64,000 nt of DNA from an uncultured Solirubrobacterales bacterium (GTDB taxonomy: Bacteria; Actinomycetota; Thermoleophilia; Solirubrobacterales; 70-9). A program made the position numbers and the translations under genes. Below the pieces are notes generated by a model. The model did not search any database. It had not been told where the DNA came from and worked only from the letters and a program-made list of their open reading frames with translations. Shown piece by piece: positions 29,967 to 40,293 of the stretch. Numbering within the stretch: the stretch's first letter is position 1; the number at the start of each line of letters is the position of its first letter. The stretch covers positions 2,231 through 66,230 of the forward strand of contig CAVSIE010000003.1 of assembly GCA_963728045.1 (NCBI GenBank), in the 5' to 3' direction.

Positions 29967-30122
29967 ATGGCTGGCCGCGTTGAGATCGCTCTCGCCCTTG
30001 TGGGCCTCACCTTGGGAGCGGTGGGGTTTCAGATGGGCTGGAAGGGGGCGGAGTTCGCAGGACTGCTGCTGGCGGCTGTGGCATGCGGCATCTTGCTCGC
30101 GCGCGGCAGGACCACCCTCTAG
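29967..30122 (+). CDS. Possible small two-TM peptide (51 aa)
   Basis: MAGRVEIALALVGLTLGAVGFQMGWKGAEFAGLLLAAVACGILLARGRTTL*. Found by hand. No clear RBS. Confidence 0.2.
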   Translation: MAGRVEIALALVGLTLGAVGFQMGWKGAEFAGLLLAAVACGILLARGRTTL

Positions 30123-30170
30123 ACCTTGGGGGGCGCTACTTTGGCGGGTGGGGAGGTTCCTCTGAAAGCC

Positions 30171-31262
30171 ATGATGCGAAAGCTTCTGCTCATCTGCGCT
30201 GCGCTGGTCGCGCTGGCGATGCCGGCCTCGGCCGGGGCCGCCCAGGCGCCGTGGAACTTCATCGGCATCGCGCCGCAGAACGCTGCCGAGGAGGCGGACT
30301 ACCGGCTGATGGAGCTGGCCGAGATCGACAACGTGCGGCTGCCCCTGGTCTGGGCCCAGGTCCAGCCCGGCGTCCCGCTCGTGAGCGAGCCCGACTGGTC
30401 GGGGTTCGACCGCGCCGTCCGCCTCGCGGCCGAGCACGAGCTCCGCGTCTTCCCCTTCCTCTGGGGCTCACCCCACTGGGTCGCCGCTCACCTCAGCTCG
30501 GAGCCCGTGGAAAGCGCCTGGCAGCGCCAGGCTTGGGCTGCCTTCCTGCGCGAAGCGGTCGGGCGCTACGGGCCCGAAGGCGAGTTCTGGGAAGAGAACC
30601 CCGAGCTGATTCGCCAGCCGATCCGGCGCTGGGAGATCTGGAACGAGCAGAACATCGTCACCTTCGCGCACCGGCCGAACCCGGAGCGCTTCGCGCACCT
30701 GATCCGGCTCACCGGACGAGTGCTCCACCGGGCCGACCCCGGCGCCAAGGTCATCGTCGGGGGCCTATTCGGCCGTCCGCTGCAGATCCCGCCGAACGTC
30801 GCCTCGGGGGACTACCTCGCGCGCTTCTACCGGGCCCAGCCGCTGAAGCGCTTCTTCGACGGCATCGCCCTGCACCCCTACGTGGCCGACGCCGGCGCGA
30901 TGCGGTCGCAGATCCTCAACCTGCGCCGCATCATGCGAATCAACGGCGATGGAGAGACCCCGCTCTACGTGACCGAGATGGGCTGGGGCTCCGACAGCTT
31001 CGAGTCGCGCTGGGAGCGCGGGCTCGACGGCCAGGCGCGCGAACTCGACCGCGCCTTCTCGATGCTGGTCAGGCAGCGCAAGCGCTGGCGCATCGGCGGG
31101 GCCTGGTGGTTCTCCTGGTCTGACGAGGGCGGCACCTGCCAGTTCTGCGACTCGGCGGGGCTGCTCACCGCTGGGCGCGAGGCGAAGCCCTCCTGGTACC
31201 GCTTCAACGCCTGGACCGGGGGCGACCCCGACACGGTTCCGCGCGCCGTCTTCGCCGAGTGA
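30171..31262 (+). CDS. Secreted TIM-barrel glycoside hydrolase-like protein
   Basis: Signal peptide MMRKLLLICAALVALAMPASAGA, and a WEIWNEQN motif (catalytic NE of GH clan A). Confidence 0.6.
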   Translation: MMRKLLLICAALVALAMPASAGAAQAPWNFIGIAPQNAAEEADYRLMELAEIDNVRLPLVWAQVQPGVPLVSEPDWSGFDRAVRLAAEHELRVFPFLWGSPHWVAAHLSSEPVESAWQRQAWAAFLREAVGRYGPEGEFWEENPELIRQPIRRWEIWNEQNIVTFAHRPNPERFAHLIRLTGRVLHRADPGAKVIVGGLFGRPLQIPPNVASGDYLARFYRAQPLKRFFDGIALHPYVADAGAMRSQILNLRRIMRINGDGETPLYVTEMGWGSDSFESRWERGLDGQARELDRAFSMLVRQRKRWRIGGAWWFSWSDEGGTCQFCDSAGLLTAGREAKPSWYRFNAWTGGDPDTVPRAVFAE

Positions 31263-31343
31263 CGGCGGGCGGGCCGAGAGCCGCCGGGCGCTAGGCTCCA
31301 ACTCGATTTCGACCAGCCCAGTCCGACCAGGAGGAGACCCCCG

Positions 31344-31949
31344 ATGGCTTTCTCGGTTCCCGACCTTCCCTACGCATACGACGCGCTCGAGCCGCACATC
31401 GACGAGGCGACGATGCGCGTCCACCACGACAAGCACCACCAGACCTACGTCGACAAAGCGAACGAAGCCCTGGAGGGAACCGAGTGGGCCGACCGCGACG
31501 TCGAGGACGTGCTGCGCAACCTCTCCAGCCTGCCCGGCGACAAGCAGGGGCCGGTCCGCAACAACGCCGGCGGCCACTACAACCACACGCTGTTCTGGCA
31601 GATGCTCAGCCCGGACGGTGGCGGCGAGCCCAGCGGCGACCTCGGGGCCGCGATCGGCGAGACCTTCGGCTCCTTCGACTCCTTCAAGGACGAGTTCAAG
31701 AAAGCCGGCCTGACCCGCTTCGGCTCCGGCTGGGCCTGGCTAATCAAGGACAGCTCCGGGCTCGCAGTCGTCTCGACCCCGAACCAGGACTCGCCCGTCT
31801 CCGACGGCAGCGTGCCGCTGCTCGGCTGCGACGTCTGGGAGCACGCCTACTACCTCAAGTACCAGAACAAGCGCCCCGACTACATCGACGCCTTCTGGAA
31901 CGTCGTCAACTGGGACTACGTCGCCCAGCGCCTCGCCGAGGCGGGCTGA
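31344..31949 (+). CDS. sodA: Fe/Mn superoxide dismutase
   Basis: [28 protein letters not shown]...[13 protein letters not shown]. Confidence 0.9.
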   Translation: MAFSVPDLPYAYDALEPHIDEATMRVHHDKHHQTYVDKANEALEGTEWADRDVEDVLRNLSSLPGDKQGPVRNNAGGHYNHTLFWQMLSPDGGGEPSGDLGAAIGETFGSFDSFKDEFKKAGLTRFGSGWAWLIKDSSGLAVVSTPNQDSPVSDGSVPLLGCDVWEHAYYLKYQNKRPDYIDAFWNVVNWDYVAQRLAEAG

Positions 31950-31952
31950 GCG

Positions 31953-33600
31953 CTAAGAGGCGACTGGTGTCGCCGGCCGCGCCGCCTCCGGCAGGTGGCG
32001 CGGCTCGGCGCCCTCCTTGGGAGGGATCAGGCTCATCGCGTGCTCGGCCTTGGCGGTGATCGTCAGGCTCGGGTTGACGCCGGGGTTGGCTGGTATCGCC
32101 GCCCCGTCGCAGACCAGCAGGTTCTCGTAGCCGAAGACGCGGTTGCCAGCGTCGACGACGCCGGTGTCGGGGTCGGCGCCGACCACGGCGCCGCCGAGGA
32201 TGTGGGCGGTCGAAGGGATGTTGCGGACCGACTCCGTGATCGCGCTCTGGGCGACCCCGCCGGTGCGCTTCTCGAACCAGCGCGCTACCTGCTCGGCAGC
32301 TGGGAGGTAGGTCGGATTGGGCCTCCCCGCGTCCTGCTCCGTGGTCAGGCGCACTCCGTTGCCGAACAGCTTCCGCTTCGGGCGGAAGTGCATCGCGGCG
32401 TCTACGGTCTGCATCACCAGCAGGATCACGGTGCGCTGCGACCAGCGGTGCGGGATCAGCATCCGCGCGGTGCGCAGCGGGTGGCGCAGGATCGCCGCCA
32501 GCCACTTCAGCGGCCGCGTTAGTTTCGTCCCCGGCCCGGTCATCGCGGTGAAGGTGCTGGCCATCGCGTCGCCGCCCTGGCCGTAGGTGACGACCTCGAT
32601 GTGGGTGTCGGGATCGGGGTAGATGCTGGAGGTGATCGCCACCGAACGGCTGAAGTCGCGCTCGTCGTCGGGGGCGGTGACTGCCTGGATCGACTCCGAG
32701 TTGGTGCGGACCAGGTCGCCGAGCCGCCCGGAGACCCGCGGCAGGGCGCCGCTGTGACGGCAGTTGGCGAGCAGGTTGTTGGTGCCGAGGGCGCCGGCGG
32801 CGACGATCACGCCCTTCGCAGTCAGCGTTCGACGCTGCTTGCGCAGCCAGGAGCCGGAGCGCTCGCTGCTGACCGCGTAGCCGCCCGAGCCATCGGCGGC
32901 GCCGAGCGGGCGGATCTCGGTCACCTGGCGCTCGGGCACGATCTCGACCCCGAGCTTCTCGGCGAACCAGAGGTAGTTCTTCATCAGCGTGTTCTTGGCG
33001 CCGTGCCGGCAGCCGACCATGCAGCTGCCGCAGCGCATGCAGCCGGTGCGGCTCGGGCCCTCGCCTTCGAAGAAGGGATCGGGCACCTCGACGCCCGGGC
33101 TGGTCGAAGAAGACGCCGACCTGGGTGTTGGTGAAGGTCTCGCCGACGCCGATCTCCTCGCCGTATTCCTGCAACAGCTTGTCGGCCGGGCCTATGCCCT
33201 CGTACTCGACGACGCCGAGCATTCGCTCGGCGGTGTCGTAGTGGGGAGCGAGGTCGGTCTCCCAGTTGCCCAGCTCAGACCACTGCGGATCACGGAAGAA
33301 GGCGGGGCGGGCGCGGTAGAGGGTGTTGGCGTAGCCGAGGCTGCCGCCGCCGACGCCGCTGCCGGAGACGATGAAGACGTCCTTGAAGAAGGTCATGCGC
33401 AGCACCCCCCGCATCCCCAGCCGCGGCATCCAGAAGTAGCGGCGGGGGTGGCGCAGGTTCGACTCGGCGAAGTCCTCGTCGCGGAAGCGGCTGCCGCACT
33501 CGAGCACGGCGACCGAGTAGCCCTTTTCCGCCAGGCGCAGGGCGGAGACCGACCCACCGAAGCCGGAGCCCACCACGATCCAGTCGTAGTCGTGCGTCAC
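31953..33600 (-). pseudogene. GMC-family (cholesterol oxidase-like) FAD oxidoreductase with one frameshift at about 33087-33096
   Basis: The N-terminus DWIVVGSGFGGSVSALRLAEKGYSVAVLE (Rossmann) is in the frame of ORF 31906-33600. The remainder is in ORF 31953-33086. The junction lies at a CCCGGG run. Confidence 0.7.
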
Positions 33601-33619
33601 GGCGGGCCTTCGGAGTGGC

Positions 33620-33811
33620 CTAGGCCTCGCCCGGCTCGAGCGGCCTGAAGTCGCTGGTCCGGGCGCCGCAGACGGGGCAGAACCAGTCCTTGGGGATGTC
33701 CTCGAAGGCTGTTCCGGGGGGGATCCCGCCGTCCGGATCGCCCTCCGCGGGGTCGTAGATGAACCCGCAGCTCTCGCAGATCCAGAGCGTCGCTTCCTTG
33801 GTGGCGGTCAT
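33620..33811 (-). CDS. Rubredoxin
   Basis: [12 protein letters not shown]...DWFCPVCGA, two CxxC knuckles. Confidence 0.85.
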   Translation of the reverse strand: MTATKEATLWICESCGFIYDPAEGDPDGGIPPGTAFEDIPKDWFCPVCGARTSDFRPLEPGEA

Positions 33812-33833
33812 CTCGGAAAAAGCTTAGAGGCGC

Positions 33834-34409
33834 TCAGTCTTTGCTGAAGCTGACCGAGACCGGCTCACGCTCGGTGGCGTCCTCGATCTCGAAGAACTCA
33901 CGTGCTTTGAAATTGCCCTGGTTGGCGATGATCGACCCCGGGAACTGTTCGATGTCGGTGTTGTAGGCCTGCACGTTGGAGTTGTAGATCCGGCGCGAGG
34001 CCTGGATCTCGTCCTCGAGCTGGGAGAGCTCGCGGCTGAGCTGCTGGAAGTTCTCGGTGGCGCGCAGCGTCGGGTAGTTCTCGGCGACCGCTTTCACGTC
34101 CGCCAGCGCCTGAGTCAGCCTCTGCTCGGCTTTGGCGGTGTCCTCGACACTCGAGGCAGCCATCGCCTCGGCCCGCGCCTGGGTCGTCCGCTCGAACGTC
34201 TGACTCTCGTGCTCGGCGTAGCCCTTGACCGTCTCGACCAGGTTGGGGACGAGGTCGTGGCGGCGCTTCAGCTGCACGTCGATCCCACTCCAGGACTCGT
34301 CGACCCGGTTGCGGGCGGCGATGATCGAGTTGCGCTTGGCGATGAAGTAGAGGACCGCGATGACGACGATCGCTACCACCGCGATGATGACCCAGGTCAT
34401 TGCAGGCAA
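33834..34409 (-). CDS. LemA-family protein
   Basis: N-terminal TM segment, then NSIIAARNRVDESWSGIDVQLKRRHDLVPNLVETVKGYA..., typical LemA. Confidence 0.85.
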   Translation of the reverse strand: MPAMTWVIIAVVAIVVIAVLYFIAKRNSIIAARNRVDESWSGIDVQLKRRHDLVPNLVETVKGYAEHESQTFERTTQARAEAMAASSVEDTAKAEQRLTQALADVKAVAENYPTLRATENFQQLSRELSQLEDEIQASRRIYNSNVQAYNTDIEQFPGSIIANQGNFKAREFFEIEDATEREPVSVSFSKD

Positions 34410-34450
34410 TCCTACTTGGCTCGCCGGCCAACTGCATAGGATCGGGCTCG

Positions 34451-35122
34451 ATGGGGGCCAAACAGGAAGCGCAGCAGTGGACCGAGGTCGTTAGCGGGTA
34501 TGGCGAGCGCCACGACCTCCGCTACGAGTCCGTCGGTGGGATCAATCCCAAGGACGGCCCAGTGGCCCTCTGTGTGGGCGGCTCCAACCGGCTCACCGGG
34601 CAGCTCGCCGAGGGCTTCTGGGGGTCATCGTGCGATGCCGACGAGAAGGAGGTCGGCGGTTTCCTCAGCAAGGCGGTGCTGCCGACCGCGATCCTCGCCA
34701 AGGCACACATGCCCGACCTCGCCAGGGTGGCGCCGGCTTTCAACGTCGAGTCGATCGAGGGTCACGAGGCGCTCACCCAGCGCTTCGCCCGCAAGGTCGA
34801 GTTCGAGTCGATCGAGTTCAACCGCCGCTTCATCGCCACGGTCCCGCGCGAGTACGACCCGGTGGCGCTGCGGGAGCTGTTCGGCCCCGGCTTCCTCGAG
34901 TGGACGACGACGATGACCGGCGAGATCGACTTCGGCGTCAACGACCGCCAGCTCTGGTTCCTCTGGCGCCTACGGGAGCGCAGCGAGGCGGAGCTGGAGG
35001 AGGCGCTGCGCAACGCCGGCCAGCTGTTCAAGCGGTTGCAGGCGGAGATGGACGAGAGCGGCATCAACACCTATCCGCCCGGCCCTTGGCACGCGGGGCT
35101 GGAGCCTTTTCCCAGCAGCTAG
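34451..35122 (+). CDS. Hypothetical protein
   Basis: Coding-like codon bias. The start is chosen at the internal ATG (MGAKQEAQQW...). No recognised domain. Confidence 0.45.
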   Translation: MGAKQEAQQWTEVVSGYGERHDLRYESVGGINPKDGPVALCVGGSNRLTGQLAEGFWGSSCDADEKEVGGFLSKAVLPTAILAKAHMPDLARVAPAFNVESIEGHEALTQRFARKVEFESIEFNRRFIATVPREYDPVALRELFGPGFLEWTTTMTGEIDFGVNDRQLWFLWRLRERSEAELEEALRNAGQLFKRLQAEMDESGINTYPPGPWHAGLEPFPSS

Positions 35123-35760
35123 GCCGGGTAGTCGGGATCGCCGGGGAGGACGACCCGGTGGTCCTCACGGGCGCCGATCACCTTGGGCAGGATCGGCTCG
35201 ACCTCGCGCCCGCGGTAGGCCTCGATCGCCTCCTGCGAGGTGGCGAACGGCGTCAGCTCCTGTAGCTGGCTGATCGTGGGGAAGGCAAGGACCAGCTCGC
35301 CTGCCTCCTGCGCCTGCAGTGCGGCCTGGGGCTCGAACCAGCGCGCTTCGGTCGTCTCCACCCCGTCCGGCTTCGGCGGGGAGTGGGCGGGGGCGAGCGC
35401 GAGGAAGAACCAGGCGTCGAAGCGCCGCGAGATCACCTCGGGCGTGATCCAGCGCGAGAACAGCACCAGCTCCTCGTCTGCGGGCAGCTCGATCCCGGCC
35501 TCCTCGGCCAGCTCGCGCACCGCGCAGGCCCGGTGGCCGGCCTCGTCCTCGCCGTCCTCGGGATCGACCGCGCCGCCGGGGAAGACCCACACACCCGGCA
35601 TGAACTTCGCCTTCTCGGTCCGCTTCATCAGCAGCACCTCGAGCGCCCGGTCGGCATGCTTGCCTCCTCTTCTCAGCAGCACTACAGAAGCCGATGGCCG
35701 GGGCACGGCCGGTGTTCCCAGATTGGGAGCCTCCGCCGGTCCACGATGCCGCTCGGTCAC
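35119..35760 (-). CDS. NUDIX hydrolase
   Basis: The Nudix box GGAVDPEDGEDEAGHRACAVRELAEEAGI is present. Confidence 0.75.
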   Translation of the reverse strand: MTERHRGPAEAPNLGTPAVPRPSASVVLLRRGGKHADRALEVLLMKRTEKAKFMPGVWVFPGGAVDPEDGEDEAGHRACAVRELAEEAGIELPADEELVLFSRWITPEVISRRFDAWFFLALAPAHSPPKPDGVETTEARWFEPQAALQAQEAGELVLAFPTISQLQELTPFATSQEAIEAYRGREVEPILPKVIGAREDHRVVLPGDPDYPA

Positions 35761-35859
35761 GCGGCCAGCGTATCTCGCGCCGTAGGGGGGCCCACCCCTG
35801 AGGAAGCTTTAGCTACCGGAAGGGGTGGGGGGTCCCCTGCGGCGACAGGACCCGCGCGC

Positions 35860-37164
35860 CTACGCCGCTTGCGCGAGCGGTGCTTCCACTGCGCACGCGG
35901 CCCGAATCGAATCAGCGGTAATTGAGGTGAGCCGGCGCAAATCCCGCTCGGAGATCGAGAGCGGGGGCATGAGGACGACGACGTCGCTGAGCGGGCGGAT
36001 GATGGCGCCGCGCTCGCGCGCCTCCAGCGTCACCCTGTGCCCGAGGCGCTGGGCGGGATCGTGCTCGCCGAGGTCGATTCCGACCATGAAGCCATAGCCA
36101 CGCACCTCTGCCACCTCTGGCATCGCCCCGACCTCGGCCAGCAGCTCCTCCAGCAGCTCGATCTTGGGCTGGAGGCGCTCCAGGGTCCGCTCCCGCTCGA
36201 AGGCGTCGAGGCTGGCGATCGCGGCGGCGCAGGCGAGCGGGTTGCCGGTGTAGGTGTGGCCGTGGAAGAAGGTGCGGAACTCCTCGGGGTCGCCGAGGAA
36301 GCCCTCGTAGATGCGTTCGGTCGCCAGCGTCGCCGCCAGCGGCAGGTAGCCGCCGGTGAGCCCCTTGGCGACGCAGAGCAGGTCGGGGGAGATCTCTTCG
36401 TGGTCGCAGGCGAACATCGTCCCGGTGCGGCCGAACCCGGTCGCCACCTCGTCGCAGATCAGGAGCACGCCGAAGCGGTCGCAGAGCTCGCGCACGGCGC
36501 GCAGGTAGCCCGGCGGCTGGATCAGCATCCCGGCAGCGCCCTGGACCAGCGGCTCGACGATCACCGCGGCGATCTCCTCCTCGTGGGCGGCGAGCACCCG
36601 CTCGAGGTCGCCGGCGTCGCCGGGCTCGGCGGCGTGGTTCTCGAAGAGCAGCGGCCTGTAGGTGGAGTGGAAGAGCTCGATCCCCCCGACGGCGACGGCT
36701 CCGAGCGTGTCGCCGTGGTAGGAGTGCCGCAGGTGGACGAAGGAGGTGCGGCGGGTGTGCTGGCCGCCACGCTGCTGCTGGTACTGGAAGGCCATCTTCA
36801 GCGCGATCTCGACCGCGGTCGAGCCGGACTCCGAGTAGAAGACGCGCGAGAGCCCCTGCGGCGCGATCTCGACCAGACGGGCGGCGAGCTCCGTGGCGCA
36901 GGGGTGGGCGAGGCCGAGCGTGGTCGAGTGGGCGACCTTGGCGAGCTGCTCGCGCACGGCCGCGTCGATGTCGGGGTGGCGGTGACCGTGGACGTTGCAC
37001 CAGAGCGAGGAGACGCCGTCGATGTAGCGACTCCCGTCCGTCGCGATCAGGTCCGTGCCCTCACCGCGCTCGATCGTCAGCGGCTCTTCCTCGCACCAGC
37101 CCTGCTGCTGCGTGAACGGGTGCCAGAGATGGTCCCGATCGAGCTGCGCGTGGTCCACCGACAT
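35860..37164 (-). CDS. bioA: Adenosylmethionine-8-amino-7-oxononanoate aminotransferase
   Basis: [11 protein letters not shown]..., [34 protein letters not shown] (PLP lysine). Confidence 0.9.
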   Translation of the reverse strand: MSVDHAQLDRDHLWHPFTQQQGWCEEEPLTIERGEGTDLIATDGSRYIDGVSSLWCNVHGHRHPDIDAAVREQLAKVAHSTTLGLAHPCATELAARLVEIAPQGLSRVFYSESGSTAVEIALKMAFQYQQQRGGQHTRRTSFVHLRHSYHGDTLGAVAVGGIELFHSTYRPLLFENHAAEPGDAGDLERVLAAHEEEIAAVIVEPLVQGAAGMLIQPPGYLRAVRELCDRFGVLLICDEVATGFGRTGTMFACDHEEISPDLLCVAKGLTGGYLPLAATLATERIYEGFLGDPEEFRTFFHGHTYTGNPLACAAAIASLDAFERERTLERLQPKIELLEELLAEVGAMPEVAEVRGYGFMVGIDLGEHDPAQRLGHRVTLEARERGAIIRPLSDVVVLMPPLSISERDLRRLTSITADSIRAACAVEAPLAQAA

Positions 37165-37205
37165 CGCCGCCACCGACCCTAGCCCCGCGCTCGGCGGCAA
37201 GACAC

Positions 37206-37256
37206 GAAGCGCGCCGCTTCACGCTGGGGCCAAGTGGGTAGGAAGCGTGCGGCTTC
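37206..37256. promoter_or_regulatory. Two similar 15-bp palindromes (GAAGCG-N3-CGCTTC type) in the bioA / reductase divergent region
   Basis: GAAGCGCGCCGCTTC at 37206-37220 and GAAGCGTGCGGCTTC at 37242-37256. Confidence 0.4.
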
Positions 37257-37295
37257 GCACAAACCTCTACACCGATAGCTGTAATCATTTACCCA

Positions 37296-38393
37296 ATGGC
37301 CGAGAGTGGAGCACCCCCGCAGGTCCCGCCGATGCGCCGCCGGGCGCTGCACGTCGTCCGCTCCCTCTTCACCCCGCTGCTCCCGGACGACTACCTCGAA
37401 CTGATCAACCCGCTCTGGTCGACGCGCGAGCTGCGCGGGAGGATCGAGCGGATCGACCGGGAGACGCCCGACGCGGTCACGGTGCTGATCCGCCCCGGCT
37501 TCGAGTGGCCCGGGCACCGGCCGGGGCAGTACCTGCGGATAGGAGTCGTCGTCGACGGGGTGCACCACTGGCGCGCCTACTCGCTCACCTCGGAGCCCGG
37601 GCGCCCGGACGGGTGCATCAGCATCACCCCGAAGCTGGTCGAGGCCGGCAAGGTCTCGCCCTTCCTGGTCGCCGCAGCCAGGCCAGGGGACGTCGTCCGC
37701 CTCGGCGGGGTCGAAGGGACCTTCGTCCTGCCGGAGCCGCTGCCCGACAAGCTGCTCTTCATCAGCGCCGGCAGCGGGATAACGCCGATCATGAGCATGC
37801 TGCGCAGCCTGCACCGCGACGATGCGCTCGGCGACGCGGTCCACCTCCACTCGGCGCGCAGCGCCGACGGGGTGATCTTCTCCGACCTCCTGGGCAAGAT
37901 CGCCGCGGCCCAGCAGGGCTACGAGCTGCACCTGCGCCTCACCGGCGAGCAGGGCAGGCTCGCCCCCGAGGACCTCGACCGGCTCTGCCCCGACTGGCGC
38001 GACCGCCACACCTTCCTCTCGGGCCCGGCGGAGATGCTCGACGCGATGAGCGAGCGCTGGGAGCGCGACGGCGATCGGGACCTGCTCCACATGGAGCGCT
38101 TCCAGCCGGTGATCGGCGGCGAGCCGGGCGAAGGGGAGGGCGGCCGCGTTCGGTTCACGAAAAGCGGCGTCGAGGCCACCTGCGACAGCGGCACGCCGAT
38201 CCTCGTCGGCGGCGAGGAGGCCGGCGCGACGCTTCCCTTCGGCTGCCGCATGGGGATCTGCCACACCTGCGTCGGCCGGCTCTGCAAGGGCGAGGTGCGC
38301 GACCTGCGCACCGGTGAGGTCCACGGCAGCGAGGGGGAGATGGTCCGCACCTGTGTCAACTCCCCCGAGGGCCCGATCGAGATTGCGCTTTGA
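37296..38393 (+). CDS. Ferredoxin-NAD(P) reductase-type flavoprotein with C-terminal 2Fe-2S domain (desaturase partner)
   Basis: RAYSLTS (FAD-binding), FISAGSGITP (NAD-binding), C-terminal CRMGICHTC...C cluster. Resembles the M. tuberculosis Rv3230c-type partner of DesA3. Confidence 0.8.
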   Translation: MAESGAPPQVPPMRRRALHVVRSLFTPLLPDDYLELINPLWSTRELRGRIERIDRETPDAVTVLIRPGFEWPGHRPGQYLRIGVVVDGVHHWRAYSLTSEPGRPDGCISITPKLVEAGKVSPFLVAAARPGDVVRLGGVEGTFVLPEPLPDKLLFISAGSGITPIMSMLRSLHRDDALGDAVHLHSARSADGVIFSDLLGKIAAAQQGYELHLRLTGEQGRLAPEDLDRLCPDWRDRHTFLSGPAEMLDAMSERWERDGDRDLLHMERFQPVIGGEPGEGEGGRVRFTKSGVEATCDSGTPILVGGEEAGATLPFGCRMGICHTCVGRLCKGEVRDLRTGEVHGSEGEMVRTCVNSPEGPIEIAL

Positions 38394-38412
38394 AAGCTAA
38401 GAAAGGGAAACG

Positions 38413-39651
38413 ATGAACGCAACGAGTGCCGAGGTCGCGAGCCCGCTCGCGCACCTCTCGGCGGAGCAGCTCGACGAGCTTGCCCGCGAGCTCGACGAGA
38501 TCCGCGACCGGACGTTCGCCGACCTCGGCGAACGCGACCGCCGCTACATCGAGAGCATGATCGCGATGCAGCGCCGCCTGGCGGTGATGGGGCGCGTGCT
38601 GCTGCTCGGCGCGCGCTACCGCCCCGCCAAGGTCGCCGGCGCCGCCGCGCTCTCGATGGCGAAGATCCTCGAGAACATGGAGATCGGGCACAACGTCCTG
38701 CACGGGCAGTGGGACTGGATGAACGACCCCCAGATCAACTCCTCCACCTGGGACTGGGACACCGCCTCGACCGCGGAGGCGTGGAAGCACTCGCACAACT
38801 ACGTGCACCACACCTTCACCAACATCCTCGGCAAGGACAAGGACCTCGGCTACGAGATCATGCGGATCGACCCGCAGCAGAAGTGGCGCCCCGTCTACCT
38901 CCTGCAGCCGCTCTACAACCTCCTGCTGGCGGCGTTCTTCGAGTGGGGCGTGGCGGTCCACGACCTCGACTTCGAGGCGATCCGGACGGGCCGCAAGTCC
39001 AAGGCGCAGATCAAGCGCGAGCTCGCCGGCATCCGCGAGAAGGCGAAGAACCAGGTAGTCAAGGACTACATCGCCTGGCCGCTGCTGAGCGGCTTGGCGA
39101 TGGCGGCCCTGGACGCCGGTCTCGAGGTTCGTAGTGGCGGCGGGCGGCGACGGGGCGGCCTGGCAGGGGTCCTAAAGCGGGCTCTTCGTGGCGGGGGGCG
39201 CTCCTACCGCGCGGCGGCGTCGGCAAACGCGACCGCGAACATCGCCCGCAACGTTTGGGCCTACGCGATCATCTTCTGCGGCCACTTCCCAGACCAGACC
39301 CACACCTTCAGGCCCGAGGAGGTCGAGGACGAGAGTCGTGGCGGCTGGTACGTGCGCCAGCTGACCGGGGCGGCGAACATCGAGGGCAGCCCGCTCTTCC
39401 ACGTCGCCAGCGGCAACCTCGGCTACCAGGTCGAGCACCATCTCTTCCCGGACCTGCCGAGCACCCGCTATGCGGAGATCGCGCCCCAGGTCAAGCAAGT
39501 CTGCGAGCGCTACGGGCTTCCGTACAACAGCGGCCCCTTCGGCCAACAGCTGGGGATGGTGCAGCGGACGATCCTGCGACTCGCCTTCCCGGGAGGCGCG
39601 CCGCGGCCGAAGCCCGGCCCCTACCGTGGGGAGGACCACCCGGCTCTGTGA
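38413..39651 (+). CDS. Membrane fatty-acid (acyl-CoA) desaturase, DesA3-like
   Basis: Three histidine boxes are present: HNVLH, HNYVHH and QVEHHLFP. Confidence 0.85.
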   Translation: MNATSAEVASPLAHLSAEQLDELARELDEIRDRTFADLGERDRRYIESMIAMQRRLAVMGRVLLLGARYRPAKVAGAAALSMAKILENMEIGHNVLHGQWDWMNDPQINSSTWDWDTASTAEAWKHSHNYVHHTFTNILGKDKDLGYEIMRIDPQQKWRPVYLLQPLYNLLLAAFFEWGVAVHDLDFEAIRTGRKSKAQIKRELAGIREKAKNQVVKDYIAWPLLSGLAMAALDAGLEVRSGGGRRRGGLAGVLKRALRGGGRSYRAAASANATANIARNVWAYAIIFCGHFPDQTHTFRPEEVEDESRGGWYVRQLTGAANIEGSPLFHVASGNLGYQVEHHLFPDLPSTRYAEIAPQVKQVCERYGLPYNSGPFGQQLGMVQRTILRLAFPGGAPRPKPGPYRGEDHPAL

Positions 39652-39662
39652 TATCGCTCACA
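39647..39662 (+). repeat. Direct repeat, left copy (TGTGATATCGCTCACA)
   Basis: Identical to 44720-44735. It contains the desaturase stop codon and has the form TGTGA-N6-TCACA. Confidence 0.9.
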
Positions 39663-39790
39663 TATATCCCTTCTCTGTAGAAGCGGAATCCATCCCTGAT
39701 CGGCCCTAGCTTCCTGCCTCGTCCAGATCAAAACGGCCGGGGCGCCGCGCTAACGGCCCCCGGCCTGGCACCGAAAGGCGGAACCTTCCG

Positions 39791-40036
39791 ATGCAGGCCA
39801 ACCTTAGTCCGCGCTGCGAGCGCGAGGATGAAGCGGTTCAGCGCGCCGTTCTCAGTCTCGTCCTCGCTGCGCATCCAGAGTCCCTGACGATCCCCGAACT
39901 TGCCGCCGAGATAGATGAAGGGGACACCGCAGAGCGCGCCGTGGTCGCTCTCGTCGGCGTCGGCTTGCTCGACTGCGGTGGCATCTCTGTCCAGCCCAGC
40001 GCCGCTGCTATCCGCTTCGACCAGCTCGGCGTATGA
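39791..40036 (+). CDS. Small hypothetical protein (possible winged helix)
   Basis: 81 aa. Its stop overlaps the next start as ATGA. LTIPELAAEIDEGDTAERAVVALVGVGLL is wHTH-like. Confidence 0.4.
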   Translation: MQANLSPRCEREDEAVQRAVLSLVLAAHPESLTIPELAAEIDEGDTAERAVVALVGVGLLDCGGISVQPSAAAIRFDQLGV

Positions 40037-40293
40037 CTGTCGCGGAGCGGTTCGGCGCGAACCTTCGCGACTGCCGGAAGCGAGTCGGCCTATCTCAGGA
40101 AGAGACCGCCGTGCGCGCCTCGCTGCATCGCACCGCCGTCGGGCAAATCGAGCGGGCCGAACGGGTCTGCCGCATAGACACCCTTGTGAAGCTCGCCGGG
40201 GCGCTGGAGGTTGAACCCGGCGAGCTGCTCACCCGCCTCGAATGGGAGCCGGGCGAGATGCGGGCGGGCTCCTTCAAGGAGGCACCAGCGTGA
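40033..40293 (+). CDS. XRE-family HTH protein
   Basis: LSQEETAVRASLHRTAVGQIERAERVCRIDTLVKLAGAL. Confidence 0.7.
   Translation: MTVAERFGANLRDCRKRVGLSQEETAVRASLHRTAVGQIERAERVCRIDTLVKLAGALEVEPGELLTRLEWEPGEMRAGSFKEAPA

Noticed and set aside
29119-30125. An intact integrative element at tRNA-Pro
   Set aside because: No integrase, excisionase or duplicated tRNA 3-prime segment is visible. At most it is a remnant, and it is reported only as a low-interest compositional islet.
35775-35835. GC-rich imperfect hairpin between bioA and the NUDIX gene as a terminator or structured RNA
   Set aside because: The stem needs a 4-nt bulge, the loop is 22 nt and there is no U-tract. No second copy or covariation supports a functional element.
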